A DNA stretch of 64,000 nt from Eubacteriales bacterium. Lineage in GTDB: Bacteria > Bacillota > Clostridia > Oscillospirales > CAG-272. The first letter of the stretch is position 1. Each line of letters begins with the position of its first letter. The notes below the pieces were generated by a model, which saw only the letters and a list, made by a program, of their open reading frames with translations, did not search any database and was not told the origin of the DNA. The translations under genes and the position numbers were made by a program. Positions 17,864 through 27,828 of this stretch are shown here, piece after piece. Location of the stretch: NCBI GenBank assembly GCA_045544195.1, contig JAZPYO010000034.1, forward strand, positions 82,881 through 146,880. The letters are read 5' to 3'.

Positions 17864-19297
17864 ATGAAAAAGAAGGCCATGTGCTGCATCGCAGTTTTAA
17901 TATTGATAATTGCATCATCGTGCTATACTGCAGTACCGCAAGATACTGACGGGGATCATTTAACAGAAGACGATATATTTACTCTTGCTACCGATATTGC
18001 GGATACCTCTTTGTCCGAAAACAGTAAATTTGAGGAAACACAACGGCATAGCGCAACGGAAGAGTCTGCTTTTCAGGATATTACCGCGCCTATGGAAATT
18101 ACTGAAATACCGGTAATACGTATTACGACCGATGACGGCAAGGACATCGTATCTAAAAGTGAATATAAAAGCGCAACGATGGATATTCAGGCATCAGAAG
18201 ACAGCGGTCTTTCCGATTTTCAATGCAATCAGATACGCCTTTCGATAAAGGGCAGGGGAAATGCGTCATGGAATCAGTTTCCGAAAAAGGGATACAGAAT
18301 AAAGCTTTCGGAAAGCTCCTCCCTTTTGGGAATGAAAAAGGACAAGGACTGGGTACTCGTTTCCTCATATGGCGATAAAACGCTGTTGCGTAATATAATA
18401 GCGCATGAAATGGCGAAATCCCTCTCAAATCTGGAATTTACGCCGACCCATATCCCGGCGGAGCTTTATATAAATGATGAATATCTCGGTGTTTATACTC
18501 TTGCTGAAAAAATTGAATTTGGCGGAGGAAAGCTTGAGTATACGGCTGATGAAAATTCCTTGAATACGTCGTTTTTACTTGAGGTTGGCTGGGATTATAA
18601 CGATGAGATGGTCTACGGAAAGAACTTTTTTGATATTGACTACATCGACAGGATCGTTTTCAAGGAACCTGAGTTTACATCAAAATACACCCCGTGCGCT
18701 AAGAGTATTATCAAGTATATGGAGCAGACGGAAAAAGCGATAGTTGATCTTGATGGATATGAGGAGTACATAGATGTTGACAGTCTTATTGACTATCTTA
18801 TAATTACCGAATTTACGAATAATACAGAATCTGTTTTTTACAGAAGTGTTTATATGTATAAGCCGCAGGAGGAAAAACTGAAGTTTGGACCCGTATGGGA
18901 TTTCGATATGGCATTCGGTAATCACAAAAATGACATTTCTGATTATGACGGTTGGTGCAGCATTGACAATGATTTTGATTATCTCGGTCACAACAGCGTG
19001 AGCTGGTATAGCTTTTTGTTCAAGGATGAGGCGTTTGTTGAAAAATTCAAGCAAAGGTGGAATGAAGTGTCCGAATCTCTTTTACAGATCGCTTTGCAAA
19101 CGCTTGATACGCAGTATACTGCCGTATATAATGCTCAAAAGCGCAATTTCGAGCTATGGGATATAATGAATAAAAAAGTAGGCGTGGGGAATGTCGATCA
19201 CCACACCTACAATACGTATGAGCTTCAGGTTGACTATCTGAGAAATTTTATCAAGGACAGATACGCCTGGATAAATGAGCATATATCAGAACTCTGA
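17864..19297 (+). CDS. CotH kinase-family protein, probable lipoprotein
   Basis: Signal/lipobox LIIASSC. CotH-like blocks are KGYRIKL, KDWVLVSSYGDKTLLRN and GPVWDFDMAFGN. Confidence 0.7.
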   Translation: MKKKAMCCIAVLILIIASSCYTAVPQDTDGDHLTEDDIFTLATDIADTSLSENSKFEETQRHSATEESAFQDITAPMEITEIPVIRITTDDGKDIVSKSEYKSATMDIQASEDSGLSDFQCNQIRLSIKGRGNASWNQFPKKGYRIKLSESSSLLGMKKDKDWVLVSSYGDKTLLRNIIAHEMAKSLSNLEFTPTHIPAELYINDEYLGVYTLAEKIEFGGGKLEYTADENSLNTSFLLEVGWDYNDEMVYGKNFFDIDYIDRIVFKEPEFTSKYTPCAKSIIKYMEQTEKAIVDLDGYEEYIDVDSLIDYLIITEFTNNTESVFYRSVYMYKPQEEKLKFGPVWDFDMAFGNHKNDISDYDGWCSIDNDFDYLGHNSVSWYSFLFKDEAFVEKFKQRWNEVSESLLQIALQTLDTQYTAVYNAQKRNFELWDIMNKKVGVGNVDHHTYNTYELQVDYLRNFIKDRYAWINEHISEL

Positions 19298-20245
19298 TTT
19301 CAAGGAGCGTAAAAACAGGTTACCAAGCGTCGCTCTCGGATCAGCATTATTGAATAATACATCGTACAGAGCAGAAGTGATAGGCATTTCTGCGTTGTAT
19401 TCTTTTGCAAGAACAGTGAGAGCCTTAGTGGTAGAAAATCCCTCTGCAAGATAACTATAGCTTTCTCCTCTTGCGACTGCCTCGCCAAAGCCTCTGTTGT
19501 GCGAGTGTGGAGAAAACAGGGTGGCTTCGTAATCACCTATATGCGACAGACCGTATACGGACATTTTATCACCGCCCATAAGCTCTACTAAGCGTGATAC
19601 CTCGTGAGGTCCTCTTGCCATAAGGGGACCTTTTAGTGTTGAAAGTGAAAAGCCGTCAAGAATACCTGCGCATATTCCCATTACGTTCTTCGCCGCAGCG
19701 CCTATCTCAGTTCCTATAAGATCCTTTGAATGATAAAATCTTATTATATCGGAGGAAAAGTCCTTGCATAATCCCTCTGCGAGCTCACTGTCTGTTGACG
19801 ATATGACCATACAGCTCGGGATCCTTTTTGTGAAATTCTCAACGTGCCCCGGTCCTACCCACACAGCAACTCTTGATGTGTAATCAAGACGTTCTGACGC
19901 GACCTGTGACAATCGCATACCGTTGCTTTCTATAAGCCCCTTCATGCATAAAACATATATTTTATTTTTAATACCCGTAGATGCGATCTCATCAAAAAGG
20001 GAAGGAGTGTGCTGAGCAGCAATAGATACGATAACAGCATCGCTGAAAGACAAAGCCGTAGATAGATCGCTCGTAAAATTGACTTCATTCGGCAATGTAA
20101 GATATTCATTTTTATGAGTTTGTGAAAGCGTCTGATATGCAGGAGAGCTTGCTCTTCCGTACATCAGAACATTGAAGCCCTTCGTTGTAAAATACCAGGC
20201 AAGGCAAGAACCCCAACGGCCGCAGCCTATAACGGTTATATTCAT
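19286..20245 (-). CDS. gpsA: NAD(P)H-dependent glycerol-3-phosphate dehydrogenase
   Basis: N-terminal Rossmann motif MNITVIGCGRWGS. Conserved GpsA blocks are GPGHVENF, GAAAKNVMGICAGILDG and EGFSTTKAL. Confidence 0.85.
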   Translation of the reverse strand: MNITVIGCGRWGSCLAWYFTTKGFNVLMYGRASSPAYQTLSQTHKNEYLTLPNEVNFTSDLSTALSFSDAVIVSIAAQHTPSLFDEIASTGIKNKIYVLCMKGLIESNGMRLSQVASERLDYTSRVAVWVGPGHVENFTKRIPSCMVISSTDSELAEGLCKDFSSDIIRFYHSKDLIGTEIGAAAKNVMGICAGILDGFSLSTLKGPLMARGPHEVSRLVELMGGDKMSVYGLSHIGDYEATLFSPHSHNRGFGEAVARGESYSYLAEGFSTTKALTVLAKEYNAEMPITSALYDVLFNNADPRATLGNLFLRSLKSEF

Positions 20246-20258
20246 AAATCCACCTCTT

Positions 20259-20948
20259 TTATTGGTGCAGGGAATTTACCTGCATTTCTTTGAGCCTTTC
20301 CATATGCTCTTTCACCTCGGAGCTTCTGCGTTTGTATGTATCGATTATCTTTTGCACTGTGAACATTTCCATTATTGTCAGCGCATTTTCGTGATTCATC
20401 TGCTTTATCATCTGCGTAAATTCATTGAGGACAAATACATTATTTCTGTCAGACAAAAGCTCCGTTTGCTTATCTGTGAATACTACAACACTGTATAAAG
20501 GAATGTTTTTAATATTGTTTTCGCGAAGGATGCTTGCAATTATACGCTTGTTGTTTTCGTTTCTTATTTCAGGATTTTCAAATTCCAGAACTCTGTTGTC
20601 AATGCATTGCACCCATACTGCTTGCTTTGTATTGTCTATCCTTCCGGAGCGATCGCACAGTGATACAACTGCAATTCCGCCGCGCGTAAGTATAACCGAA
20701 TCTATCTTTGAATATTTTCTGATTATGCCGTTTTTATCCTTTGCACTGGGAAAAAAGAAGCCTGTAAAAACATTATTTCTGAAATATTCCGAGCACACGG
20801 TTTCATGAAAAAGTGCGGTGGAAGACAGCTTCTTGGTGATAACCTTATTATATCTGCTTTTTCTCCAAAGCACATAGAGAATATAAGATGCAACGAGCAA
20901 TAAAACGATTATTAAAAGCATTACAAGAATTATTTTAAGTATTAACAT
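20259..20948 (-). CDS. Membrane-anchored NERD-like domain protein
   Basis: I moved the start to the ATG at 20948 (GGAG 7 nt upstream). It has an N-terminal TM helix. The central block IDSVILTRGGIAVVSLCDRSGRI resembles the NERD nuclease-related domain. Confidence 0.45.
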   Translation of the reverse strand: MLILKIILVMLLIIVLLLVASYILYVLWRKSRYNKVITKKLSSTALFHETVCSEYFRNNVFTGFFFPSAKDKNGIIRKYSKIDSVILTRGGIAVVSLCDRSGRIDNTKQAVWVQCIDNRVLEFENPEIRNENNKRIIASILRENNIKNIPLYSVVVFTDKQTELLSDRNNVFVLNEFTQMIKQMNHENALTIMEMFTVQKIIDTYKRRSSEVKEHMERLKEMQVNSLHQ

Positions 20949-21148
20949 GACTTGCTCCAGACTAAAACTTAGTAATTTTTGCGGTTTAAATGCACACCTT
21001 TGCAAATTATACCACACACAAAGGCTTTTTACAAGTACAAAATAACGAAAAAATAAAGTTTAAAAATAGTTTATAAATAGTTGTTGCAAATACATAGTGA
21101 AAGTATTAAAATAACTTATTATTATATTAAGGTTAGGATATTTTGACT

Positions 21149-22153
21149 ATGAAAATTAAAAGAATTTTGTCGGCAATCGTTTTGGTTGTATTGATAGGCA
21201 GTGCTGTGATGATGGCTTCGTGCGCATCGTGCTTTTCCGATAAATCATCTTCAGGAACGCTTTATAATGTAATGCTTATAGGCGCTATTGAAAAGGCTGA
21301 TGAGCAGACACTCAACGGTGCTTCGTGGCGAGCTATAAAGAAATATGCAGAGGGGACAGAGCTTTTGTATAAATACTATGAGCCTTCCTCCGCAGAGGTA
21401 AATAACTATATCCATACAGATAATATGCAATCAAGCGAAGCAGTTCGCGCCTCGATTCAGACACAGATAAACATTGCATCGAATCAACGCGCAAAGGATA
21501 AATCTGTTATTGTTATTACAGGACAGGACGGAATTGAAACATATCTTTCCGACATAATCGGAAACGAAAAGCTCGATTATGCAAAAGCATTTTCTTCGAC
21601 TTGGTTTTTGCTTGTCGGCGGATCCACCGTATCCGATGCTTCAAATGCCGATAAGCTCGGTGTACGTACAATGTCTCTTATATTGAACGAAAAGGATTAC
21701 GGCGCATTGTGCGGATATACGGCTGTCAAATCCGGATATAATAATATCGGCTATCTCGGCTCTGATTCTGCATATTCCGCGAGTTTTAAAGCAGGTATTC
21801 AGGAGGGAATAGAAAAAGCAAAGACAGAGCTTTCGTCAACTGATGCAAGGTTAATAAGTAACGATTCTTACACAGACAGTGCAGATTTGCGAGCAGAAAG
21901 CCTTTATGCTGAGTGTGACATTGTAATACCTGAAAACACGGTTTTTGAGGATGCATTGAAAAGATCCTGCGGTGAAAAGAAATTTGTAAGTCTTACTGAA
22001 AACAGCGAAAAATCTGCATTTGCATGCGTTATAGATTATGATGCATTGCAGACTGTTATTCAGAATACTTTAAGAGCAACATTCAATTTGGGAGAAAATA
22101 AAGAAGCGCGTACAGTTGGCGCTGCCGAAAGCATTTTTAAGATAGCGGAATAA
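21149..22153 (+). CDS. Lipoprotein, possibly of the BMP/PnrA-like substrate-binding fold
   Basis: Signal/lipobox MMASC. There is weak resemblance to BMP-family binding proteins (LNGASWRAIKKYAEG...). The function is uncertain. Confidence 0.35.
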   Translation: MKIKRILSAIVLVVLIGSAVMMASCASCFSDKSSSGTLYNVMLIGAIEKADEQTLNGASWRAIKKYAEGTELLYKYYEPSSAEVNNYIHTDNMQSSEAVRASIQTQINIASNQRAKDKSVIVITGQDGIETYLSDIIGNEKLDYAKAFSSTWFLLVGGSTVSDASNADKLGVRTMSLILNEKDYGALCGYTAVKSGYNNIGYLGSDSAYSASFKAGIQEGIEKAKTELSSTDARLISNDSYTDSADLRAESLYAECDIVIPENTVFEDALKRSCGEKKFVSLTENSEKSAFACVIDYDALQTVIQNTLRATFNLGENKEARTVGAAESIFKIAE

Positions 22154-22164
22154 ACTTATACAAA

Positions 22165-22202
22165 GACAGGTAAGGAAGAAAATCGTTCCTACCTGTCTTT
22201 TT
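22165..22202 (+). terminator. Rho-independent terminator after the lipoprotein gene
   Basis: GACAGGTA(A)GGA...TCCTACCTGTC stem followed by TTTTT. Confidence 0.7.
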
Positions 22203-22212
22203 AGGGAATTAT

Positions 22213-22250
22213 CAATTATTACACAAAATACAAATTTTGTGTAATAATTG
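22213..22250. repeat. Perfect 17-bp inverted repeat (AT-rich) between convergent genes
   Basis: CAATTATTACACAAAAT-ACAA-ATTTTGTGTAATAATTG. Confidence 0.6.
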
Positions 22251-22261
22251 AGGGGTATTTA

Positions 22262-22301
22262 ATGAAAAATAACGGATATGAGGCTTTTGACCTTATATCC
22301 G
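22262..22301 (-). terminator. polC terminator
   Basis: CGGATATGAGG...CCTTATATCCG stem with 1 mismatch. On the minus strand it is followed by TTATTTTTC. It lies 9 nt after the polC stop. Confidence 0.6.
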
Positions 22302-22309
22302 CCATTTTT

Positions 22310-25300
22310 TTAATCAAACATACTGAACATCGATATTTGGTTAGTTTCTGACAATCCGTCAAGAACGCCATTCTGTTGCAGTATCTCAATAACAGCCTTT
22401 GATATTTTTGCTTTCTGTGAAAGCTCTTCAATGGAAAATATTTTTTTACCGTTACACGCTTCAGCAATTTTTTCCGCTGCCGTGTCACCAAGTCCCGGCA
22501 GACTCGAAAACGGCAATCTGATTTTTCCGTTCTCAGGTAAAAACGCGCTTGCGTGTGAATGCTCAAGACTTACGGGTAAAAACTTTATGCCTCTGCTTAC
22601 AGCCTCAAGCGCTAATTGACAAGCTGAATACTGTTCCTCGTCTTTTTGGCTTCTATCCTGCTTTTTGTCGATTTCGCTTATAAGCTCCTTAAGTGCCGAT
22701 TTTCCTTTGAGCGTTGCCTGGCTGTCAAATCCGCCCGGTGCTACTGTAAAATACGCTGCATAAAATTCCAGCGGATAATACACCTTATACCAGCCAAGAC
22801 GCAAAGCTGAAATAATGTATGCTGCGGCGTGAGCCTTTGGAAACATATATTTGATCTTAAGACACGATTCAATGTACCATTCAGGCACTCCGTGCTCGCG
22901 CATTGCCGTAAAATGCTCCTCTTTAAGCACTTTCGGCGGTTTGTTACCTTTACGGACAATTTCCATTATATTGAAGGCCATAGAAGGCTCAAGTCCTTTG
23001 TGTAACAAATAAACCATTATATCGTCACGCGTTCCAATAACGTCTGAAATCGTGCATGTTCCGTTTTTGATAAGCTCCTGGGCGTTTCCGAGCCAAACAT
23101 TTGTTCCGTGTGACAGACCCGAAATCTGCAATAAATCAGAAAAATTCTTCGGTTGTGTATCAACAAGCATCTGGCGCACGAATTTTGTTCCCAATTCAGG
23201 CAGGCCAAATGTTCCTACGGGTGATCCGATATCCTCCTCAGTAACCCCCAAAGGCTCTGTTGAAAGCAACAATCCAAGGACGTTTTTGTCGTTCATAGGA
23301 ACGTCAAGTACGCTTGTATTGGTGTATTTTTCGAGCATTTTGTACTTTGTTGGTACATCATGACCGAGAATATCGAGCTTGAGTATCGTATCGTGCAGAT
23401 ATTCAAACGCAAAGTGCGTTGTGACTATTGTTGATTTGGGATCATCAGCCGGGTGCTGAACGGGTGTAAAATCATAAACATCGTACTCTCTCGGCACAAC
23501 TATTATTCCGCCGGGGTGCTGACCGGTAGTACGCTTTACACCGACACATTTACTTACTAAATGCTGTATTTCTGCCTTTGTAACATCTAAATTCAGTTCT
23601 TCGATGTATTTCATAACGTACAAGCCGTAAGCGGTTTTTGACGCGAGAGTACCTATTGTTCCTGCTCTGAAGACATTTTCTTCACCAAAAAGCACCTCTG
23701 TATATTTGTGTGCATCAGCTTGTACGTCTCCCGAAAAATTAAGGTCTATATCAGGAGATTTATCGCCGTAAAATCCCAGAAATGTTTCAAAAGGAATGTC
23801 GTGACCGTCGCCCTTCATTTTTGTTCCGCATACGGGACAGTTTTTGTCGGGCAAGTCAAATCCAGAGCTGACAGAGCCGTCCTCAATAAACTCGCTGTGC
23901 TTGCAATTTTCACAAAGATAGTGAGGAGGTAAAGGATTTACCTCGGTAATATTTGCCATTGTGGCAACGAATGAAGAACCGACAGAGCCTCTTGAACCAA
24001 CGAGATAACCTTTTTCCTCGCTGTTTTTAACGAGCTTTTGAGCGATGATATACAAAACTCCGAAGCCGTTTGAAATGATAGAGGTTAATTCCCTGTCAAG
24101 TCGCTTTTTAACGATCTCCGGCGGAGGATCACCGTACATGCTTACCATTTTATTGTGGCACATTTCGGTGAGCTCCTCGTCAGCACCCTCGATCTTTGGC
24201 GGATAGTTGCCCTTCGGTATAGGTCTGACGTAACCGACCATATCAGCTATCTTATTCGGATTTGTGATAACTATCTCACGCCGTTCCTCATCACTCAGAT
24301 AATAAAACTCTTCAAGCATTTCTTCGGTGGTACGGAAATATACGCCTATATCAGCATCGCCGTCCTTCATCTTTTTGCCTGCGAATATTATTTTTCTGGC
24401 GATCTCGTCCTCTTTATTCAATACGTGTGCATCGCACGTCGCACAAACAGGTATATTCAGCTCATGACCGAGCTGTACTATCCTCTTGTTTATCTGTATG
24501 ATAGCATCTTCGTTCTTCAGCTTTTCACTTCTTATAAGATAACCGTTATTACAGAGAGGCTGGATCTCAAGATAGTCATAATATGAAGCCGTTTTTCGTA
24601 TGTCCTCATCGCTTCTTCCGTCAAGTATCTGCGAATACAACTCGCCTGATGAGCAGGCGGAGCCGACTATCAAGCCCTCTCTCAATTCATCAAGAAGCGT
24701 TTTGGGAACAAGCGGCTTTCTGTAAAAGTACTTAAGATTGGATTGCGAAACTATCTTATAAAGGTTCTTAAGTCCGGTTTCGTTTTTGACAAGCAGTACT
24801 ATGTGGTGCGGACGTCCTTTTAACTGAACTGAAGAAGATGAAATAGCCTCATCAAGCTCAGATAGGGTATTAATTCCCTCTTTATGCAGCTTTTCAGCCA
24901 TTTTTATGAATATCACAGCAAGCATTTCAGCATCATCGCAAGCTCTGTGGTGGTTGAAATCGCCAAGCCCCATAAATGTGGCTATTCTGTCAAGGGTATG
25001 ACGCTTAAGCTCCGGATTGACGTATCTTGAAAGAGCTACTGTGTCAATATACTTATTATTGAATGCAAGCTCGTGTACCTTTGCAGCACGCGAAATAAAG
25101 CCTACGTCAAATGTTGCATTATGAGCTATAAGTATTTTGTCTTCGCAAAACTCCAAAAAGCTGCTGACGGCCGTTTTTACATCAGGAGCATCAGCGATCA
25201 TAGAATCGTCTATGCCTGTAAGCTCGGTGATATTAGGCGGGATCTTCATATCCGGGTTTACAAACGTATTGAATTTATCCGTGACCTGTCCTTTTGATAT

Positions 25301-26776
25301 TTTTACAGCACCGATTTCTATTATTCCGCAGTCAATAGAGCTAAGACCTGTTGTTTCTATATCAAATACAACGAAATCTCCGAGCAGCTCACCGCTTGCC
25401 TCGCCGTAAATTACCGATGAGGAATCGTCAACAAAATACCCCTCCATTCCGTAAATGACCTTGAACGGCTCTTCTCCCTCCGCTTTTCCTTTGTTCAGCT
25501 TTTCAGCCGCAAGCATTGCTTCGGGAAAGCCCTGGACATTTCCGTGGTCGGTAATTGCAACTGCCTTATGTCCCCATGCCGCTGCAGTTTTTACTGCGAC
25601 ATCAGGCGGAATTGTTGCATCAAGAGAAGACATCTGTGTATGCAAATGAAGCTCAACACGCTTTTCCGGAGAGTTGTCCTTTCTGCCTATACTCTTTATC
25701 TTCATTATATTTTTAGGAGTCAACGCCAATTCGCCGTCAAACTTGTCTATTTTGACAGAGCCCATCATAGCAACAACTGTACCGGGCTTTGAAGAGCATA
25801 TTGGGCAGTCTGCTTGCTCAGCGGGCAAAACCAGCTTGCACGTTAAGGCTGAATCATTGTCGGTTATGTAGAACGAAACGATTATCTTGGTTTTGTTGCG
25901 TGTTTCGCGCGATTCGATTTCAAAAATTTCGCCCAGCACACAGATATTTCTGTACTCTGATTTGATGTCGCGAAGCGGAACGGGATCGGCAACTGTAAAT
26001 TCTTCACCGTATATTACCTCGCCGCCGGAAGCCTTAAACGACATTTTTCCAATTGTGAAGATGTCATCGTTTTGAATATACAACGCTTCATCTTCGTAAA
26101 GAGTTGTCTTCTTGTTTTTGTAATCTGTCAGTATCTCATCCTTGCTTTTTTGCGGTACATATGTATTTGTACTTGTGTTTGTGATCGCGGCAGCTGCCTC
26201 GGCTGCGATCATAGATTCACGAACGATAGCCTGCTGCTCTGAAAGCCATTTTTTCTGATTTTCCTCATAAAAGGCATCGCTGTCATAGCTTTCGTCACGC
26301 TTTATAATAACAGTATATTTCAAGCCATACTGCTCGTATATAATACTACTGATAATTTCAGGCGCATCGCTGGTGTATATAAGATCAATGCCGCCGTTTC
26401 CCGTTGAAATAGTTACAACTATCGTGTCACTTGTTATTTCGGTTTTGTACTCATTGAAAAAGCCGCGTGTGATAGCACCTTTAAAGCTCGCTTCGAGAAA
26501 TACGCTGTCCATTACCTCTTCAGAAAAAAACTGTGAAGGGTAAACGGGCTTTATATGTACGTAATTTACCGAATAAGCCTGCATTATGTCAGAAGATAGC
26601 TCAAGCAATATTTTTGTGCTTGCAAATTCTACAAGCTCAGCAGTTACCTCTATACATCTTTTTTCTTTGTTGACCAGTGTTTTTAAAGCTTTGGATGATG
26701 ATAAAATACGCCGTTGAGTATCATTCTTCGGCGTATATTTTGAAAAAACATCCTGCAGTGTTTTTGCATTAGTCAT
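22310..26776 (-). CDS. polC: DNA polymerase III, PolC-type (Gram-positive replicative polymerase with an intrinsic 3'-5' exonuclease)
   Basis: 1488 aa. PHP domain (VELHLHTQMS), inserted DEDD exonuclease (FVVFDIETTGL ... HNATFDVGF ... HRACDDA), and polymerase core and C-terminal HhH region typical of PolC. Confidence 0.95.
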   Translation of the reverse strand: MTNAKTLQDVFSKYTPKNDTQRRILSSSKALKTLVNKEKRCIEVTAELVEFASTKILLELSSDIMQAYSVNYVHIKPVYPSQFFSEEVMDSVFLEASFKGAITRGFFNEYKTEITSDTIVVTISTGNGGIDLIYTSDAPEIISSIIYEQYGLKYTVIIKRDESYDSDAFYEENQKKWLSEQQAIVRESMIAAEAAAAITNTSTNTYVPQKSKDEILTDYKNKKTTLYEDEALYIQNDDIFTIGKMSFKASGGEVIYGEEFTVADPVPLRDIKSEYRNICVLGEIFEIESRETRNKTKIIVSFYITDNDSALTCKLVLPAEQADCPICSSKPGTVVAMMGSVKIDKFDGELALTPKNIMKIKSIGRKDNSPEKRVELHLHTQMSSLDATIPPDVAVKTAAAWGHKAVAITDHGNVQGFPEAMLAAEKLNKGKAEGEEPFKVIYGMEGYFVDDSSSVIYGEASGELLGDFVVFDIETTGLSSIDCGIIEIGAVKISKGQVTDKFNTFVNPDMKIPPNITELTGIDDSMIADAPDVKTAVSSFLEFCEDKILIAHNATFDVGFISRAAKVHELAFNNKYIDTVALSRYVNPELKRHTLDRIATFMGLGDFNHHRACDDAEMLAVIFIKMAEKLHKEGINTLSELDEAISSSSVQLKGRPHHIVLLVKNETGLKNLYKIVSQSNLKYFYRKPLVPKTLLDELREGLIVGSACSSGELYSQILDGRSDEDIRKTASYYDYLEIQPLCNNGYLIRSEKLKNEDAIIQINKRIVQLGHELNIPVCATCDAHVLNKEDEIARKIIFAGKKMKDGDADIGVYFRTTEEMLEEFYYLSDEERREIVITNPNKIADMVGYVRPIPKGNYPPKIEGADEELTEMCHNKMVSMYGDPPPEIVKKRLDRELTSIISNGFGVLYIIAQKLVKNSEEKGYLVGSRGSVGSSFVATMANITEVNPLPPHYLCENCKHSEFIEDGSVSSGFDLPDKNCPVCGTKMKGDGHDIPFETFLGFYGDKSPDIDLNFSGDVQADAHKYTEVLFGEENVFRAGTIGTLASKTAYGLYVMKYIEELNLDVTKAEIQHLVSKCVGVKRTTGQHPGGIIVVPREYDVYDFTPVQHPADDPKSTIVTTHFAFEYLHDTILKLDILGHDVPTKYKMLEKYTNTSVLDVPMNDKNVLGLLLSTEPLGVTEEDIGSPVGTFGLPELGTKFVRQMLVDTQPKNFSDLLQISGLSHGTNVWLGNAQELIKNGTCTISDVIGTRDDIMVYLLHKGLEPSMAFNIMEIVRKGNKPPKVLKEEHFTAMREHGVPEWYIESCLKIKYMFPKAHAAAYIISALRLGWYKVYYPLEFYAAYFTVAPGGFDSQATLKGKSALKELISEIDKKQDRSQKDEEQYSACQLALEAVSRGIKFLPVSLEHSHASAFLPENGKIRLPFSSLPGLGDTAAEKIAEACNGKKIFSIEELSQKAKISKAVIEILQQNGVLDGLSETNQISMFSMFD

Positions 26777-27828
26777 ATTTTATTTATCTCATCACATAAT
26801 ACATCAAGTATTACGTCCTCTTTGTATTTACTTATAACAGTTCCTTTTTTGAACAGGATAGCCTCACCGTTGCCTCCTGCAATACCTATATCCGCTTCCT
26901 TAGCTTCCCCGGGGCCGTTAACAACACAACCCATAATGGCAACATCAATGCTTCTGGACGGAGAAAGAGCAGGTATACGTTCTTCAAATTTTTCGCAGAT
27001 AGAAATAAGGTCTATCTTTGTTCTTCCGCATGTGGGACAAGAAATAAGATTGATCTTCTTTTCATACAGACCGAGTGAAGACAATATCTCCCGACCTGCA
27101 GCTATTTCTTCAACAGGGTCAGCGGTGAGCGATACACGTATTGTGTCGCCTATACCATTGCTTAAAAGTGAGCCTATACCGACAGAGTTTTTGACCAATC
27201 CGGAAAACCTTGTTCCTGCCTCAGTAACACCGAGATGCAAGGGATAATTGCATTTTTCAGCTATCAGCTTGACAGCATTTATCATATTCTGGGTATTTGA
27301 AGATTTGACGGAAATAATTATATCATCAAAATCAAACTTTTCAAGTAATGAAGCGTGGTACATAGCGGATTCAGCAAGAGCCTCTGGAACCGGGGCGGAA
27401 TACTTGTTGAGTATTTCCCTTTCCAATGATCCGCCGTTTACACCGATACGTATCGGCACACCTGCAGATCTTGCCGCGCGTGCGACTTGTTTTACTCGGT
27501 CATCATCGCCTATGTTACCGGGATTTATTCTGATCTTATCAACTCCTGCGGCAATGCATTCAAGAGCGATCCTGTAATCAAAATGTATGTCTGCGACCAA
27601 CGGAAGATCGGGAAATTCTTCTTTTAGTCTTCCAATATTTTTGGCTTCATTCATATCGGGCGCTGAAACGCGTAAAATATCGCAGCCTGCATTAACAAGA
27701 CGAGATGTCTGAGCCTTTAAAAGCTCATAATTTCCCGCGGGTGTATTCGTCATTGACTGTATTGCGATCTTTTCGTTTCCGCCGATATATAAACTTCCTA
27801 TCTTAATTCTTTTTGATTCTCTTCTCAT
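26773..27828 (-). CDS. ispG: 4-hydroxy-3-methylbut-2-en-1-yl diphosphate synthase (flavodoxin)
   Basis: 351 aa with GcpE-type blocks IQSMTNT, RVSAPD, DKIRINPGNIG and CPTCGRT...GCVVNGPGEA. It overlaps polC by 4 nt. Confidence 0.9.
   Translation of the reverse strand: MRRESKRIKIGSLYIGGNEKIAIQSMTNTPAGNYELLKAQTSRLVNAGCDILRVSAPDMNEAKNIGRLKEEFPDLPLVADIHFDYRIALECIAAGVDKIRINPGNIGDDDRVKQVARAARSAGVPIRIGVNGGSLEREILNKYSAPVPEALAESAMYHASLLEKFDFDDIIISVKSSNTQNMINAVKLIAEKCNYPLHLGVTEAGTRFSGLVKNSVGIGSLLSNGIGDTIRVSLTADPVEEIAAGREILSSLGLYEKKINLISCPTCGRTKIDLISICEKFEERIPALSPSRSIDVAIMGCVVNGPGEAKEADIGIAGGNGEAILFKKGTVISKYKEDVILDVLCDEINKI

Noticed and set aside
22219-22566. 115-aa minus-strand ORF overlapping the polC 3' end and the intergenic palindrome
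   Set aside because: It is out of frame with polC over most of its length and runs through two terminator hairpins. It has a basic, low-complexity sequence and no SD.
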